From Tepidisphaera sp. (GTDB taxonomy: Bacteria > Planctomycetota > Phycisphaerae > Phycisphaerales > UBA1924), in contig CP051526.1 of NCBI GenBank assembly GCA_050916045.1, positions 3,104,001 through 3,168,000 on the forward strand: a DNA stretch of 64,000 nucleotides. The letters run 5' to 3'. Made by a program: the position numbers and the translations under genes. Below are positions 30,620 to 39,837 of this stretch, piece after piece (the first letter of the stretch is position 1; each line of letters opens with the position of its first letter). Below the pieces are notes generated by a model. That model had not been told where the DNA came from. It did no database searches and worked only from the letters and a program-made list of their open reading frames with translations.

Positions 30620-31183
30620 TTACGAACCGAACTGCTTGCCCTGCTTCTTCTGGATGATCTCTTCGGCGTACTTGACACCCTTGCCGTTGTACGGCTCGGG
30701 CTTGCGCTTGCCACGCATCGTCGAAGCGAACTGGCCGACGAGCTGCTTGTCCGAACCCGTGATCTTGATCGGGGTGATGTCGCCGTTGGTCTTGTCGACC
30801 ACCACCGTCAGCCCCTCGGGGATCGGGAGGATCACCGGGTTGGCGAAGCCGACGATCATCTTGAGGTTCTTGCCCGCGACCGACGCGGACCAGCCGGTGC
30901 CGACAACGTGCATGTTCTTCTCGTAACCCTTGGTCACGCCGACGATCATGTTCGCGATGTGAGCGCGGGTGGAACCCCACGAGGCGTTCGCCTGGCGGTC
31001 ATCAGAAGTGAACCCGTCGGCAAGCTCGACCTTCACGCCCGCGGCGTCCGCAGTGACCTTCACTTCGGGGCGGAACGTGTACGTGAGCTTGGTCTTGGCG
31101 CCGGCGACCTCGACGGTGCGGTCCTTGACCGAGACCTTGACACCCGCGGGGACCGGGACGATTTTCTTGCCGATTCGGGACAT
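30620..31183 (-). CDS. rplF: 50S ribosomal protein uL6
   Basis: MSRIGK, PEPYNGKGV. Confidence 0.97.
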   Translation of the reverse strand: MSRIGKKIVPVPAGVKVSVKDRTVEVAGAKTKLTYTFRPEVKVTADAAGVKVELADGFTSDDRQANASWGSTRAHIANMIVGVTKGYEKNMHVVGTGWSASVAGKNLKMIVGFANPVILPIPEGLTVVVDKTNGDITPIKITGSDKQLVGQFASTMRGKRKPEPYNGKGVKYAEEIIQKKQGKQFGS

Positions 31184-31239
31184 GCTTCAGACTCCTTCGC
31201 GTGAGGCTCGCCGGCTTGTTCCGGGCTTCCGCGTGTTGC

Positions 31240-31281
31240 GATTCAGGGAATTCGATTCAGGAAATGCAATTCAGGGAACTG
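31240..31281. repeat. Three tandem 14 bp direct repeats in the rpsH-rplF spacer
   Basis: gattcagggaattc / gattcaggaaatgc / aattcagggaactg. Confidence 0.75.
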
Positions 31282-31291
31282 GGGACGCTGA

Positions 31292-31690
31292 TTACTCGAC
31301 GACGCAGAGCAGTTCGCCGCCGACGCGTTCCTCGCGGGCCTTGCGGTCCGAGAGCACGCCCTTGGAGGTCGAGACGATCGCCATGCCCAGGCCGCCCAGC
31401 GGCTTGGGAATGTCGGAGACGCCGGAGTAGACCCGGCGGCCGGGCTTGCTCATGCGGGTCATGCGGTGGAAGAGCGCCTCGCCCTTGGGGCCGTAGCGGA
31501 GCTTGATCTTGATGACGCCGGAGCGGCCGTCATCGATGACGTCAAAGCCGTCGATGAAGCCCTCGGACTTGAGCACCTCCGCGATACCGCGGCAGACCTT
31601 GTTGTTGAGGCAGTCAACGGTCTTGGACTTGTTCCGAGACGCGTTGCGGATCCGGGTCAGCATATCCGCGATGGGGTCACCGATGGCCAT
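31292..31690 (-). CDS. rpsH: 30S ribosomal protein uS8
   Basis: DPIADMLTRIRN, SKPGRRVY, STSKG, GGELL. Confidence 0.97.
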   Translation of the reverse strand: MAIGDPIADMLTRIRNASRNKSKTVDCLNNKVCRGIAEVLKSEGFIDGFDVIDDGRSGVIKIKLRYGPKGEALFHRMTRMSKPGRRVYSGVSDIPKPLGGLGMAIVSTSKGVLSDRKAREERVGGELLCVVE

Positions 31691-31778
31691 GGTCGTCCTC
31701 TGCATTCGGCGGCACGGGTGGGTCGTGTGCCGCGGGTTGGTCGTTCTGATCCTTACTCGTCACTCAACGGAGAGCTTC

Positions 31779-31964
31779 TTACCAGCTCGCTTTGCGCATC
31801 CCCGGGATCTTGCCCTCGAGGGCGAGCTTGCGGAGCATGATGCGCGAGAGGCGGAACTTGCGGTACACCCCGCGGTCACGGCCGGTGAGCTCGCACCGGT
31901 ACACCTTTCGGGTGCTGAACTTGGGGGTCCGCTTGCTCTTGGCTACTTGGGCCTTGGTTGCCAT
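31779..31964 (-). CDS. rpsN: 30S ribosomal protein uS14 (61 aa, Zn ligands degenerate)
   Basis: PKFSTR...RC...GR, G.IPG..KASW; position between rplE and rpsH. Confidence 0.95.
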   Translation of the reverse strand: MATKAQVAKSKRTPKFSTRKVYRCELTGRDRGVYRKFRLSRIMLRKLALEGKIPGMRKASW

Positions 31965-32033
31965 AACTTGATCGCTCCGTCGCTGACGTGTTTGGTCGGT
32001 CGGGCCGGTGGGCCCTTCCGGGGTGCTTTGCTC

Positions 32034-32738
32034 TTACGACTTCTTCTGCTTCTTCTCTTCGGGCTTGACGAACGGCATGCCCAGACACTCCAGCACGAAG
32101 CGCGAGAGCGCCGGGTTGGACCGCTGGAAGCAGACGTTGATGTTCATGCCGTGCGTGAAGGTCACGTCCGCCATGTTGATCTCGGGGAAGACGCCCTGCT
32201 CGTTGACGCCGCAGGCGTAGTTGCCCTGCTTGTCAAAGGCCTTGTCCTTCAGACCACGGAAGTCCTTGATACGCGGCGTCGCCAGGTTGATGAACCTGTC
32301 GAGGAAGTTCCACATCCGGTCGCGGCGGAGGGTGACCATGGTCGCGATCTCAAAGCCCTCGCGGAGCTTGAAGTTCGCCACCGACCGCTTGGCCTTGACG
32401 ACCACCGGCTTCTGACCGGTGATGGTGGCAAGGGTGTCGATCGCGGTCTGCCGCTTCTCCGGCGGAATCTTGGTGCCCTCGATGTGGCGACCGAGGTTGA
32501 CGTTCAAGACCACCTTGTCCAGCTTGGGCTGGGCCATGGGGTGCTTGAGGCCGAACTTCTCGGCGATCTTGGCGCGGACTTCGCTTTCGAAGACCGTCTT
32601 GAGGCGCGGGACACGCTTGGGGCCGGGGTCGGCGTCGGCGTGCTGCTTGGAGGCGCGGGCGGCCTTGGACTCGGGCTTGCGCCCGGCGCCCTGGGGCTTG
32701 CCAGCGGGTTTCTTGGATTTATCTGCGTCGCTTGCCAT
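32034..32738 (-). CDS. rplE: 50S ribosomal protein uL5 with N-terminal extension
   Basis: ITGQKP, F.LREG, PRIKDFRG, FPEI. Confidence 0.97.
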   Translation of the reverse strand: MASDADKSKKPAGKPQGAGRKPESKAARASKQHADADPGPKRVPRLKTVFESEVRAKIAEKFGLKHPMAQPKLDKVVLNVNLGRHIEGTKIPPEKRQTAIDTLATITGQKPVVVKAKRSVANFKLREGFEIATMVTLRRDRMWNFLDRFINLATPRIKDFRGLKDKAFDKQGNYACGVNEQGVFPEINMADVTFTHGMNINVCFQRSNPALSRFVLECLGMPFVKPEEKKQKKS

Positions 32739-32753
32739 AGGTTGGACTCGCTG

Positions 32754-33125
32754 TTACTTCTTCTTGCCGGCGGACTTCGCCGCGCCTTTGTTGGCGTCCT
32801 TCGCCGGACTGACCTGCCCGAGTTCTTTGCCGCCGCGGACGGCGACGCGCCACTTGCTGCCGTCGGACTTGGTGACGAAGCGGACACGGGTGGGCTTGCC
32901 ATCGACCACCGGGCTGACCTTGGACAGGTGGATGGTCATCTCACGCTGGATGATCCCGCCGGCCTGGCCCTGCGCCCGGGGCTTGACGTGCTTGGTCTGC
33001 ATGTTGACGCCCTTGACGAGCACACGGCCGTCCTTGGTGTCCACGCGCAGGACCTCGCCGACCGTCCCCTTGTCGTCCCCGCTGGTCACGATGACCGTGT
33101 CGCCTTTCCGAACATGCTTCGCCAT
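32754..33125 (-). CDS. rplX: 50S ribosomal protein uL24
   Basis: KGDTV.V.SG.DKG (KOW), KGVN..TKH.KP. Confidence 0.97.
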   Translation of the reverse strand: MAKHVRKGDTVIVTSGDDKGTVGEVLRVDTKDGRVLVKGVNMQTKHVKPRAQGQAGGIIQREMTIHLSKVSPVVDGKPTRVRFVTKSDGSKWRVAVRGGKELGQVSPAKDANKGAAKSAGKKK

Positions 33126-33184
33126 ATCGCTTCTCGCTTGATCTCCCCGTTCCGCGGTGCGGTCCGGGGTAAAGAGTCCAGTTC

Positions 33185-33571
33185 TTACACCACTTCCGCC
33201 GCAAGGGACACGATCTTCATGTAGTTCTTGTCACGCAGCTCGCGGGCGACGGGCCCGAAGATGCGCGTGCCCTTGGGGTTGCCGTCGTCCTGGATGAGGA
33301 CGACCGCGTTGGAGTCGAACTTGATGTACGACCCGTCGGCGCGGCGGGTGGACTTGGTGGTCCGGACCACGACGGCCTTGCTCTTGTCGCCGGCTTTGAC
33401 GTCGGCGCCGGGGAGAGCCTTCTTGATCGAGACGAACACGCGATCGCCGATCCCGGCCGTGCGGCGGGTGAATTTGCCCGTCGCGGTCGACCCACCGTAG
33501 ACGCGGATGACGTAGGCGATCTTCGCCCCCGAGTTATCCGCGACTTCGCACCTGGTTTCCTGTTGCAGCAT
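33185..33571 (-). CDS. rplN: 50S ribosomal protein uL14
   Basis: [27 protein letters not shown]. Confidence 0.98.
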   Translation of the reverse strand: MLQQETRCEVADNSGAKIAYVIRVYGGSTATGKFTRRTAGIGDRVFVSIKKALPGADVKAGDKSKAVVVRTTKSTRRADGSYIKFDSNAVVLIQDDGNPKGTRIFGPVARELRDKNYMKIVSLAAEVV

Positions 33572-33639
33572 GGCTCAATCCTTCCGCGGGGCCCGTCGTT
33601 CCGGGCCCTTGTTCCGTTCCCTTGCGGGGAGCGGGTGAC

Positions 33640-33996
33640 TTACTTGATTTCCTTCGCGCTGGCCAAGGCTTCGGCCTGGGCGCTCCGAGCTTCCACGACG
33701 CGGACGAGGGTCCAGGTCTTGGTCTTGCTGACGGGCTTGCACGCCGCGACTTCGACGACATCGCCGGTCTTGGAGACGTTCTTCTCGTCGTGGACCTGCA
33801 GGATCGTGCGCTCTCCGAGGTACTTGCCGTACTTGGGGTGCATCGACTGATACGCGACCACCACGCGGCGGCTCTTGTCGCGCTTGGAGGACTCGACGAC
33901 GCCGATCTTGGTCCCCTTCACGTCGGCGGTGCCTTTGGAATCGGTCGCGCCCTTCGCGGGGGCTTTGCTCTTGCTGTCGCTGGTCTTCGCGGGCAT
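33640..33996 (-). CDS. rpsQ: 30S ribosomal protein uS17
   Basis: HPKYGK, HDE.N....GD.V, P.SKTK.W. Confidence 0.96.
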   Translation of the reverse strand: MPAKTSDSKSKAPAKGATDSKGTADVKGTKIGVVESSKRDKSRRVVVAYQSMHPKYGKYLGERTILQVHDEKNVSKTGDVVEVAACKPVSKTKTWTLVRVVEARSAQAEALASAKEIK

Positions 33997-34056
33997 GTGC
34001 TGGTTCGTCCTTCGCCGACCGATGTTCCCGGTGCGGCCTGTGGTCTTGTGGTCCGC

Positions 34057-34260
34057 TTACTTCTTCGTCGCTTGCATTTCGATCTGACGCTTGCGGGTCA
34101 GGACACGGGCGATGTCACGCTTGAGGTGGCCGAACCGGGTCGTGTCCTCGACCTTCTCGGTCACGCTCTTGGCGCGGAGCTCGTAGAGCTCCTTGCGGAG
34201 GCGCGTGAGTTCCGGGGCGATCTCGTCGATCCTGAGCTTGCTGGCTTCTTTACCCTTCAT
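34057..34260 (-). CDS. rpmC: 50S ribosomal protein uL29
   Basis: L..LRKELYELR, KRDIARVLT; synteny. Confidence 0.93.
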   Translation of the reverse strand: MKGKEASKLRIDEIAPELTRLRKELYELRAKSVTEKVEDTTRFGHLKRDIARVLTRKRQIEMQATKK

Positions 34261-34341
34261 CGCTTCATCCTTCTTGCGGGCTGGGCCCGCTCAAACTCTC
34301 TTTGCTGGCTGCTGTTCCGGCTGACGTTCTCGTCCGTGCAC

Positions 34342-34761
34342 TCAGACCTTCACGCGGCGGCCGACGAACCGGCAGCGGACGGGCATCTTGATCGCGACGC
34401 GGGCGAAAGCCGCCTTCGCCGTCGCTTCCGACACGCCGGCGATCTCGAAGAGCATCGTGCCGGGCTTCACACGGGCCGCCCAGTAATCGACCTCCGCCTT
34501 ACCCGTACCCATTCGGGTTTCGAGCGGCTTCTTGGAGATCGGCTTGTCCGGGAAGACGCGGATGAACAGCTTGCCCTCGCGCTTGAGGAAGTGCTGCGCC
34601 GACACGCGGCCGGACTCGATCACCGTCCCCTTCAGCCAGCACCCGTCGAGGGCCTGCAGGCCGAAGTCGCCGTACGCGACGTAGTTGCCCTTCGTCGCTT
34701 TGCGATCGCGGACGTTCCGCATCTCTTTCCGAAACTTCACTCGCTTGGGCATCAACGCCAT
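34342..34761 (-). CDS. rplP: 50S ribosomal protein uL16
   Basis: PKRVKFRK, FPDKP..KKP.ETRMG.GK. Confidence 0.98.
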   Translation of the reverse strand: MALMPKRVKFRKEMRNVRDRKATKGNYVAYGDFGLQALDGCWLKGTVIESGRVSAQHFLKREGKLFIRVFPDKPISKKPLETRMGTGKAEVDYWAARVKPGTMLFEIAGVSEATAKAAFARVAIKMPVRCRFVGRRVKV

Positions 34762-34850
34762 GCGTCACACTCCACTTGCTCACTAGCCCCACCGAAACTT
34801 CAACCCGACGTCTCAAACTCGTACGAATCCGACCGTGATCGGAAGCCGAC

Positions 34851-35552
34851 TCAGCGACGGCCGCGGGCGCGGGCCCGGCCGCCGGCCGCGTTGCTTTCCT
34901 CTTCGGTCCGCTCCGTGGTGTACATGCCTTTGTAGATCCAGCACTTGATGCCGATGATGCCGGCGGGCGTGCGGGCTTCGGCCGTCGCGTACTCGACGCG
35001 AGCCTGAAGCGTCGAGAGGGGCATGCGGCCCTGCGCGACGGTCATGCTCTTGGCGATTTCCGCGCCGCCCAGGCGGCCGGAGATCCGGATCTTGCAGCCC
35101 TGAGCCCCTGAGGTCATCATGGCGTCGATCTTCATCTTGAGAGCACGGCGGAAAGCCATGCGCTTCAGGAGAGCCTCGCCGATCCCCTCGGCGCACAGCT
35201 TGGCGTCAAGGTCGGGGTTCTTGACTTCCATGATCGAGATTGCGACCTTGCGGCCGGTCATGAACTGGAGTTCCTGCGTCATCCGCTCGACCTCGGCGCC
35301 CTTGGGGCCGATGACCAGGCCGGGACGCGCGGTCTTGATGATGATCTTGAGTTCTTCGCGCGTGCGCTCGATGTGGATGTCCGAAACCGCCGCGAACGGG
35401 GGCTTGCGGTTCAGCCGGTTGTCGAGGTACTTGCGGATCTTCTCGTCCTCGATGACGAGCTCGCCGAAGAGGGCCTTGGGGGCGTACCAGCGGCTTTTGT
35501 GAGCCTCGGTCACACCGAGGCGGAACCCGAATGGATGTGTCTTCTGTCCCAT
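34851..35552 (-). CDS. rpsC: 30S ribosomal protein uS3
   Basis: MGQK.HP.GFRLG, RPG.VIG.KG, GRLGGAEIA. Confidence 0.98.
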   Translation of the reverse strand: MGQKTHPFGFRLGVTEAHKSRWYAPKALFGELVIEDEKIRKYLDNRLNRKPPFAAVSDIHIERTREELKIIIKTARPGLVIGPKGAEVERMTQELQFMTGRKVAISIMEVKNPDLDAKLCAEGIGEALLKRMAFRRALKMKIDAMMTSGAQGCKIRISGRLGGAEIAKSMTVAQGRMPLSTLQARVEYATAEARTPAGIIGIKCWIYKGMYTTERTEEESNAAGGRARARGRR

Positions 35553-35598
35553 GCTTCACTCCGGGGCTGCGTCAGTCGCGCCCGATGGATCTGTTTGG

Positions 35599-36159
35599 TT
35601 ACTTCTGCTTCTTCGGGCCCTTGGTGCCGACCGAGACCGTGATGTTGGCCGAACGCTTGATGATCGGGTGGGCCCGACCGCGGTCCTTGGGCTGGAAACG
35701 CTTCATCTGCACGCCCTCGTCGCAGCGGCTCTCGAGGACGAAGAGCTTGGAGACATCGGCTTCGAAAGCTTCCGCGTCCGCGATCGCGGCCGTCAGGCAC
35801 TTCTTGATGTTCACCGCCGCACGCTTGCTCGTGAAGGTCAGCATGTTCAGAGCGGTGTCAACCTGCTTGCCGCGGATCATGTCCACGACGAGCTTGGCCT
35901 TGCGGGCCGAGCCGCGGTTGTTGAAGAGGGCGCTGGTGAACTTGACGATCTCGGGGAGCTGGACGCCCAGCGCGGCCGCGATCTTCTGGCAGTCGGTCGC
36001 TTTGCAGCGCGGGTGGTCGTTGTTGCGGATCCAGTTGCGGACCGCGGAGAGAGCGTTCGCGCCCTTGAGGGAGGGGCGTTCGATCGCCGCCGCCAACTGC
36101 TCCACGGCGATGCCTCTCGCCGCCGCCAGTTGTTCAACTCGTTCGCCTCGCAGTTTCAC
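35599..36159 (-). CDS. rplV: 50S ribosomal protein uL22 fused to an N-terminal XRE/Cro-like HTH domain
   Basis: uL22 core (SARKAKLVVDMIRGK...KRFQPKDRGRA.PI.KR) begins at ~aa 72; upstream 71 aa in frame after a GAAGGAAGGA SD. Confidence 0.92.
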   Translation of the reverse strand: MKLRGERVEQLAAARGIAVEQLAAAIERPSLKGANALSAVRNWIRNNDHPRCKATDCQKIAAALGVQLPEIVKFTSALFNNRGSARKAKLVVDMIRGKQVDTALNMLTFTSKRAAVNIKKCLTAAIADAEAFEADVSKLFVLESRCDEGVQMKRFQPKDRGRAHPIIKRSANITVSVGTKGPKKQK

Positions 36160-36246
36160 AGGTCAGTCCTTCCTTCAGTCGCTCCGGCCGCTTGACGCTC
36201 CGGGCGTGATTCGCTTGCGTGATCCCTATCCGGTCCGAGCCGTCGC

Positions 36247-36540
36247 TTACTTCTTGGCCCCGGCGTCGTCGATGCCTTCCTTCTTGTTCGTGTGGCCGCG
36301 GAACGTGCGGCTCAGCGAGAACTCGCCGAGCTTGTGCCCGACCATGTCCTCGGTCACGAACACGTCGATGAACGTCCTGCCGTTGTGCACCTTGAAGGTG
36401 TGCCCCACGAACTCCGGCACGATCGTGCACGCGCGACGCCAGGTCTTCAGCGGCTCCTTGCGCCGAGACTCGTTGAGCTTCTCCACCCTGCGATAGAGCT
36501 TCTCATCGACGTACGGACCTTTCTTGAGGCTGCGTCCCAT
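36247..36540 (-). CDS. rpsS: 30S ribosomal protein uS19
   Basis: [19 protein letters not shown]. Confidence 0.98.
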   Translation of the reverse strand: MGRSLKKGPYVDEKLYRRVEKLNESRRKEPLKTWRRACTIVPEFVGHTFKVHNGRTFIDVFVTEDMVGHKLGEFSLSRTFRGHTNKKEGIDDAGAKK

Positions 36541-36618
36541 GTTCCGGTTTCCTGCTGCCCGTGTGCTCGTTCGAGCACGGGCTTGTTGATCCTGTTTCTG
36601 CTGCCGACTGACCGATGC

Positions 36619-37476
36619 TTACTTCTTCTGGCCGTAACGCGTGCTCACGCGGCGACGGATGATGAGCTTGGTGCTCGCCTTCTTGCGGTTGCGGGTGTTG
36701 CCGCCCTTGGCAAGAACGCCCGTCGGTCCGCAAGGAGCACGGTTGCCCTTCGAACGACCCGAACCGCCGCCCAGCGGGTGGGCGTGGTGGCTCTTCGCCA
36801 TACCGCGGGTGATCGGGCGGATTCCCATGAGCCGCGACAGGCCGGCTTTGCCGAGCTTGCGGAGACGGTGGTCGATGTTGCCGACCTGGCCGATCGTCGC
36901 ACGGCAGTTGATGTCCACCTTGCGCATTTCGCCAGAAGGAAGGATCAGCGTCGCGTACTGCTCATCCTTGTTGGAGAGCTTGGCGAAGCTGCCCGCCGAG
37001 CGGCACATCTTCGCGCCGTTGCCCGCGACCAGCTCCACCGCGTGAACTTCAAGACCGGTCGGAATGAACCGGAGCTGCATGCAGTTGCCGACGCTCGGCT
37101 CGACCGCTTCGGTCGCGCTGGTCAGGATCTCCTGGCCGTCCTTGAGCCCCATCGGAGCAAGGATGTACCGACGCTCGCCGTCGGTGTACTCAACCAGGGC
37201 GATGTGCGAGGAACGACCCGGATCGTACTCGATCCCGATCACCTTGCCGACGATCCCGTTGCGGTCCTTCCGCTTGAAATCGATCAGGCGGAGCATCGAC
37301 TTCACGCCGCCGCCGATGCCGCGGGCCGTGACGATGCCGTGGTGGTTGCGGCCGCCGGTGTGCGGCAGCGGACGGAGCAGGTTGTGCTCGGGGGTCTTCT
37401 TCGTGACCTCGGCGTGCGCGTTCACCGACGCGTTGCGTCGGCCGGCGCTCGTGGGTTTGTAAATCTTGATCGGCAT
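36619..37476 (-). CDS. rplB: 50S ribosomal protein uL2
   Basis: GGRN..G, IEYDPGRS, LPSGE, HPLGGG.GR. Confidence 0.98.
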   Translation of the reverse strand: MPIKIYKPTSAGRRNASVNAHAEVTKKTPEHNLLRPLPHTGGRNHHGIVTARGIGGGVKSMLRLIDFKRKDRNGIVGKVIGIEYDPGRSSHIALVEYTDGERRYILAPMGLKDGQEILTSATEAVEPSVGNCMQLRFIPTGLEVHAVELVAGNGAKMCRSAGSFAKLSNKDEQYATLILPSGEMRKVDINCRATIGQVGNIDHRLRKLGKAGLSRLMGIRPITRGMAKSHHAHPLGGGSGRSKGNRAPCGPTGVLAKGGNTRNRKKASTKLIIRRRVSTRYGQKK

Positions 37477-37518
37477 GATTCAGTTCCTTCCGCCGGGCGG
37501 AGGTGAGCGTTCAGGGGA

Positions 37519-37809
37519 TCAGAACAGTTCGATCGAGTCGTCCTTGTGGAGCTTGACCGTGGCCTTCTTGCTGATGGGGTCCGAGACCGAGCCGTACTTG
37601 AGGCGACGCATCCCGCCCTTGCGGATCTGCGTGCTCACCGACTCCACACGCACCTTGTAAAGCTCCTCGATCGCTTTCTTGATCTCGGTCTTCGTGGCGC
37701 GGGGATCAACCAGGAAGCTGTAACGCTTGTGGTCGGTCATCTGGTCCGTGTTCTTCTCGGAGAGAAGCGGATGCTTCACGATGTACATGGCAGCGACGTT
37801 GGCTGGCAT
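37519..37809 (-). CDS. rplW: 50S ribosomal protein uL23
   Basis: P.LSEK, F.V...ATK.EIK.AIE, KKA.V. Confidence 0.95.
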   Translation of the reverse strand: MPANVAAMYIVKHPLLSEKNTDQMTDHKRYSFLVDPRATKTEIKKAIEELYKVRVESVSTQIRKGGMRRLKYGSVSDPISKKATVKLHKDDSIELF

Positions 37810-38591
37810 TACTTGGTCTCCTTCTTGGCCTTCGCCGCGGGCTTGACGGCCTTCGCCGCAGGCTTGGCTTCAGCATCCTTCGCGCCCGAACCCTTGGCCT
37901 GCACGCCCTCGGCGGACATGCCCTTGGGCTCAAGCTTCGCGTCCTTGCCCGTCTGCGACCACGGACCGTTCAGCCAGGCTTCCAGGTCGGCCTTGCCGAT
38001 CACGAGGAAGCGGTGGTTCAGCATGTCGAAGCAGTTCAGCTGGTCAGCGCGGATCAGCGTCACGTCCTCGACGTTGCGGCCGGACTTGCGGGCGTTCTCG
38101 CTCTTGGCGGCATCGACCGGAAGCGCGACGACCGCGGAACGGTCGACCTTGATCGCTTCCAGGAAGCCCAGGAACCCCTTGGTCTTGGGCTCCGAGAAGG
38201 AGATGTCGTCCACCACGCGAACTTCGTTGTCCACCAGCTTGGCGAGCAGCGCGTTGCGGTTGGCTTTGCGGCGCATCTTCTTGGGCATGTCCAAGCGGAA
38301 GTCCTCGCGGACCTTCTTCTTGGAGTGGCCGTGACCGCCGCCCTTCATCAGGTTGACTTTCTTGTCACCGTGACGGGCGTTACCGGTGCCCTTCTGCTTG
38401 TAGAGCTTGCGGGTCGAGCCCTCGACCTCGCGGCGGTTCTTCGTCAAGCTCGAACCCTGACGGGTCGAAGCGTGGTACCGCACATAGGCCTGCTTGATCA
38501 GGGCCGGATTGACTTCGCCGCCGAGCGCCTGCTCGTCGATCTTCAAAGTGCCGACTTGTGTGCCAGCCATATTGAGGACGGGGACATCCAT
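37809..38591 (-). CDS. rplD: 50S ribosomal protein uL4 with Lys/Ala-rich tail
   Basis: RQG...TK.R.EV.GS.RK...QKGTGNAR.G, PKTK. Confidence 0.96.
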   Translation of the reverse strand: MDVPVLNMAGTQVGTLKIDEQALGGEVNPALIKQAYVRYHASTRQGSSLTKNRREVEGSTRKLYKQKGTGNARHGDKKVNLMKGGGHGHSKKKVREDFRLDMPKKMRRKANRNALLAKLVDNEVRVVDDISFSEPKTKGFLGFLEAIKVDRSAVVALPVDAAKSENARKSGRNVEDVTLIRADQLNCFDMLNHRFLVIGKADLEAWLNGPWSQTGKDAKLEPKGMSAEGVQAKGSGAKDAEAKPAAKAVKPAAKAKKETK

Positions 38592-38998
38592 TGTGTCATT
38601 CCTCGCCAAACGCCTCTTGCCGGCAAACACGGGTCGCCCCGATGCTTGCCGTCCGCCTATCCGCCTCGCCTCCTATCGCCCCGGGTCGCCGTTTCGGCTT
38701 CGGGGCTCGCACACGCCACGCTGGCGGGTACGGGGGTCGGGTCGGAATCGACTCGGCCGTCCGGATCAGCACGGGTGGACTCTCGTCCGATCCGTTCTCT
38801 CGCTGATCCTTCATTTGTCGTCACCCGGCGGTTTCGATCCCGGTCCACACTCGCGTGCTTCCCAAGCCGACCTTTCGGGCTCGCCGGCCCTGCCTGCTGG
38901 GGGCCGACGACGAAGACTCTCAATCCATCCACCGGCGACTTTCGAGATGCCGGGCCTCGATCATTGGCCCCCTCACCCGAAAAGTCACCTTTTCGTTC

Positions 38999-39694
38999 TT
39001 ACTTCTTTGCCGCGTCGACCTTCTTCTGCTTGCTCGTGTACAAGCGGACGGCCGGACGGATCTGAATCGTGCCCGTGTTCGCGCCGGCAACCGTCCCCTT
39101 CACCAGGATCAGGTTCCGGGCTTCGTCAATGCGGACCACGTCCAGATTTCGGCACGTGACCCGAACATTGCCCATATGGCCGGACATCTTCTTGCCCTTG
39201 GCCAGACCGCCGCCGAAGCCGCGGTTCGAGCAAAGCGAACCGATCGAGCCCGGAGAGCGGTGCTTACGTTCCGTGCCGTGCGTCGCGGGCATGCCCTTGA
39301 AGTGGTGCCGCTTCATCGTGCCGGCGAAACCCTTGCCCTTGTTCGTGCCGATCACGTCCACGAACATGTTGCCTTCGAGAGCCTTGACCGTCAGGACCTG
39401 GCCCAGGGTGTACTCGCCGACGCTCTTGTCGTCCACAAGGAACTCGCGGTGGTGCCGCTTGGGGCTCGTCCCGGCCTTCGCGTCGTGACCGATCAGCGGC
39501 ATCGTGCTGTTGCGAGCTTTCATCTCGCCCCAACCGATCTGCACCGCCGTGTAGCCGTCGTTTTCCTTCGTCTTGACCTGCGTCACCGTGCAGGGGCCGA
39601 CCTCAAGCACCGTCACCAGCGTGCTCGCGCCCTTGGCGTCGTACACGCGGGTCATGCCGATTTTCTTGCCCAGAAGAGTCACCGCCATCGTCAT
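38999..39694 (-). CDS. rplC: 50S ribosomal protein uL3
   Basis: [33 protein letters not shown]. Confidence 0.98.
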   Translation of the reverse strand: MTMAVTLLGKKIGMTRVYDAKGASTLVTVLEVGPCTVTQVKTKENDGYTAVQIGWGEMKARNSTMPLIGHDAKAGTSPKRHHREFLVDDKSVGEYTLGQVLTVKALEGNMFVDVIGTNKGKGFAGTMKRHHFKGMPATHGTERKHRSPGSIGSLCSNRGFGGGLAKGKKMSGHMGNVRVTCRNLDVVRIDEARNLILVKGTVAGANTGTIQIRPAVRLYTSKQKKVDAAKK

Positions 39695-39797
39695 TCACCT
39701 TCGCGGAATCCGGTGCAAGCCCCTATTGGCCGCCCTGATCGTCCGACTTTGTCCCCACTTGCCCATCCGCCCCGTTCACCCGCAAACTCAGCCGACG

Positions 39798-39824
39798 AAA
39801 AAGGCCCGGCAAACCTGCCGGGCC
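39798..39824 (-). terminator. Intrinsic terminator-like hairpin between rpsJ and rplC
   Basis: Minus strand ggcccggca-ggtt-tgccgggcc-ttttt, 13 nt after the rpsJ stop. Confidence 0.75.
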
Positions 39825-39837
39825 ATCATGCTCATGC

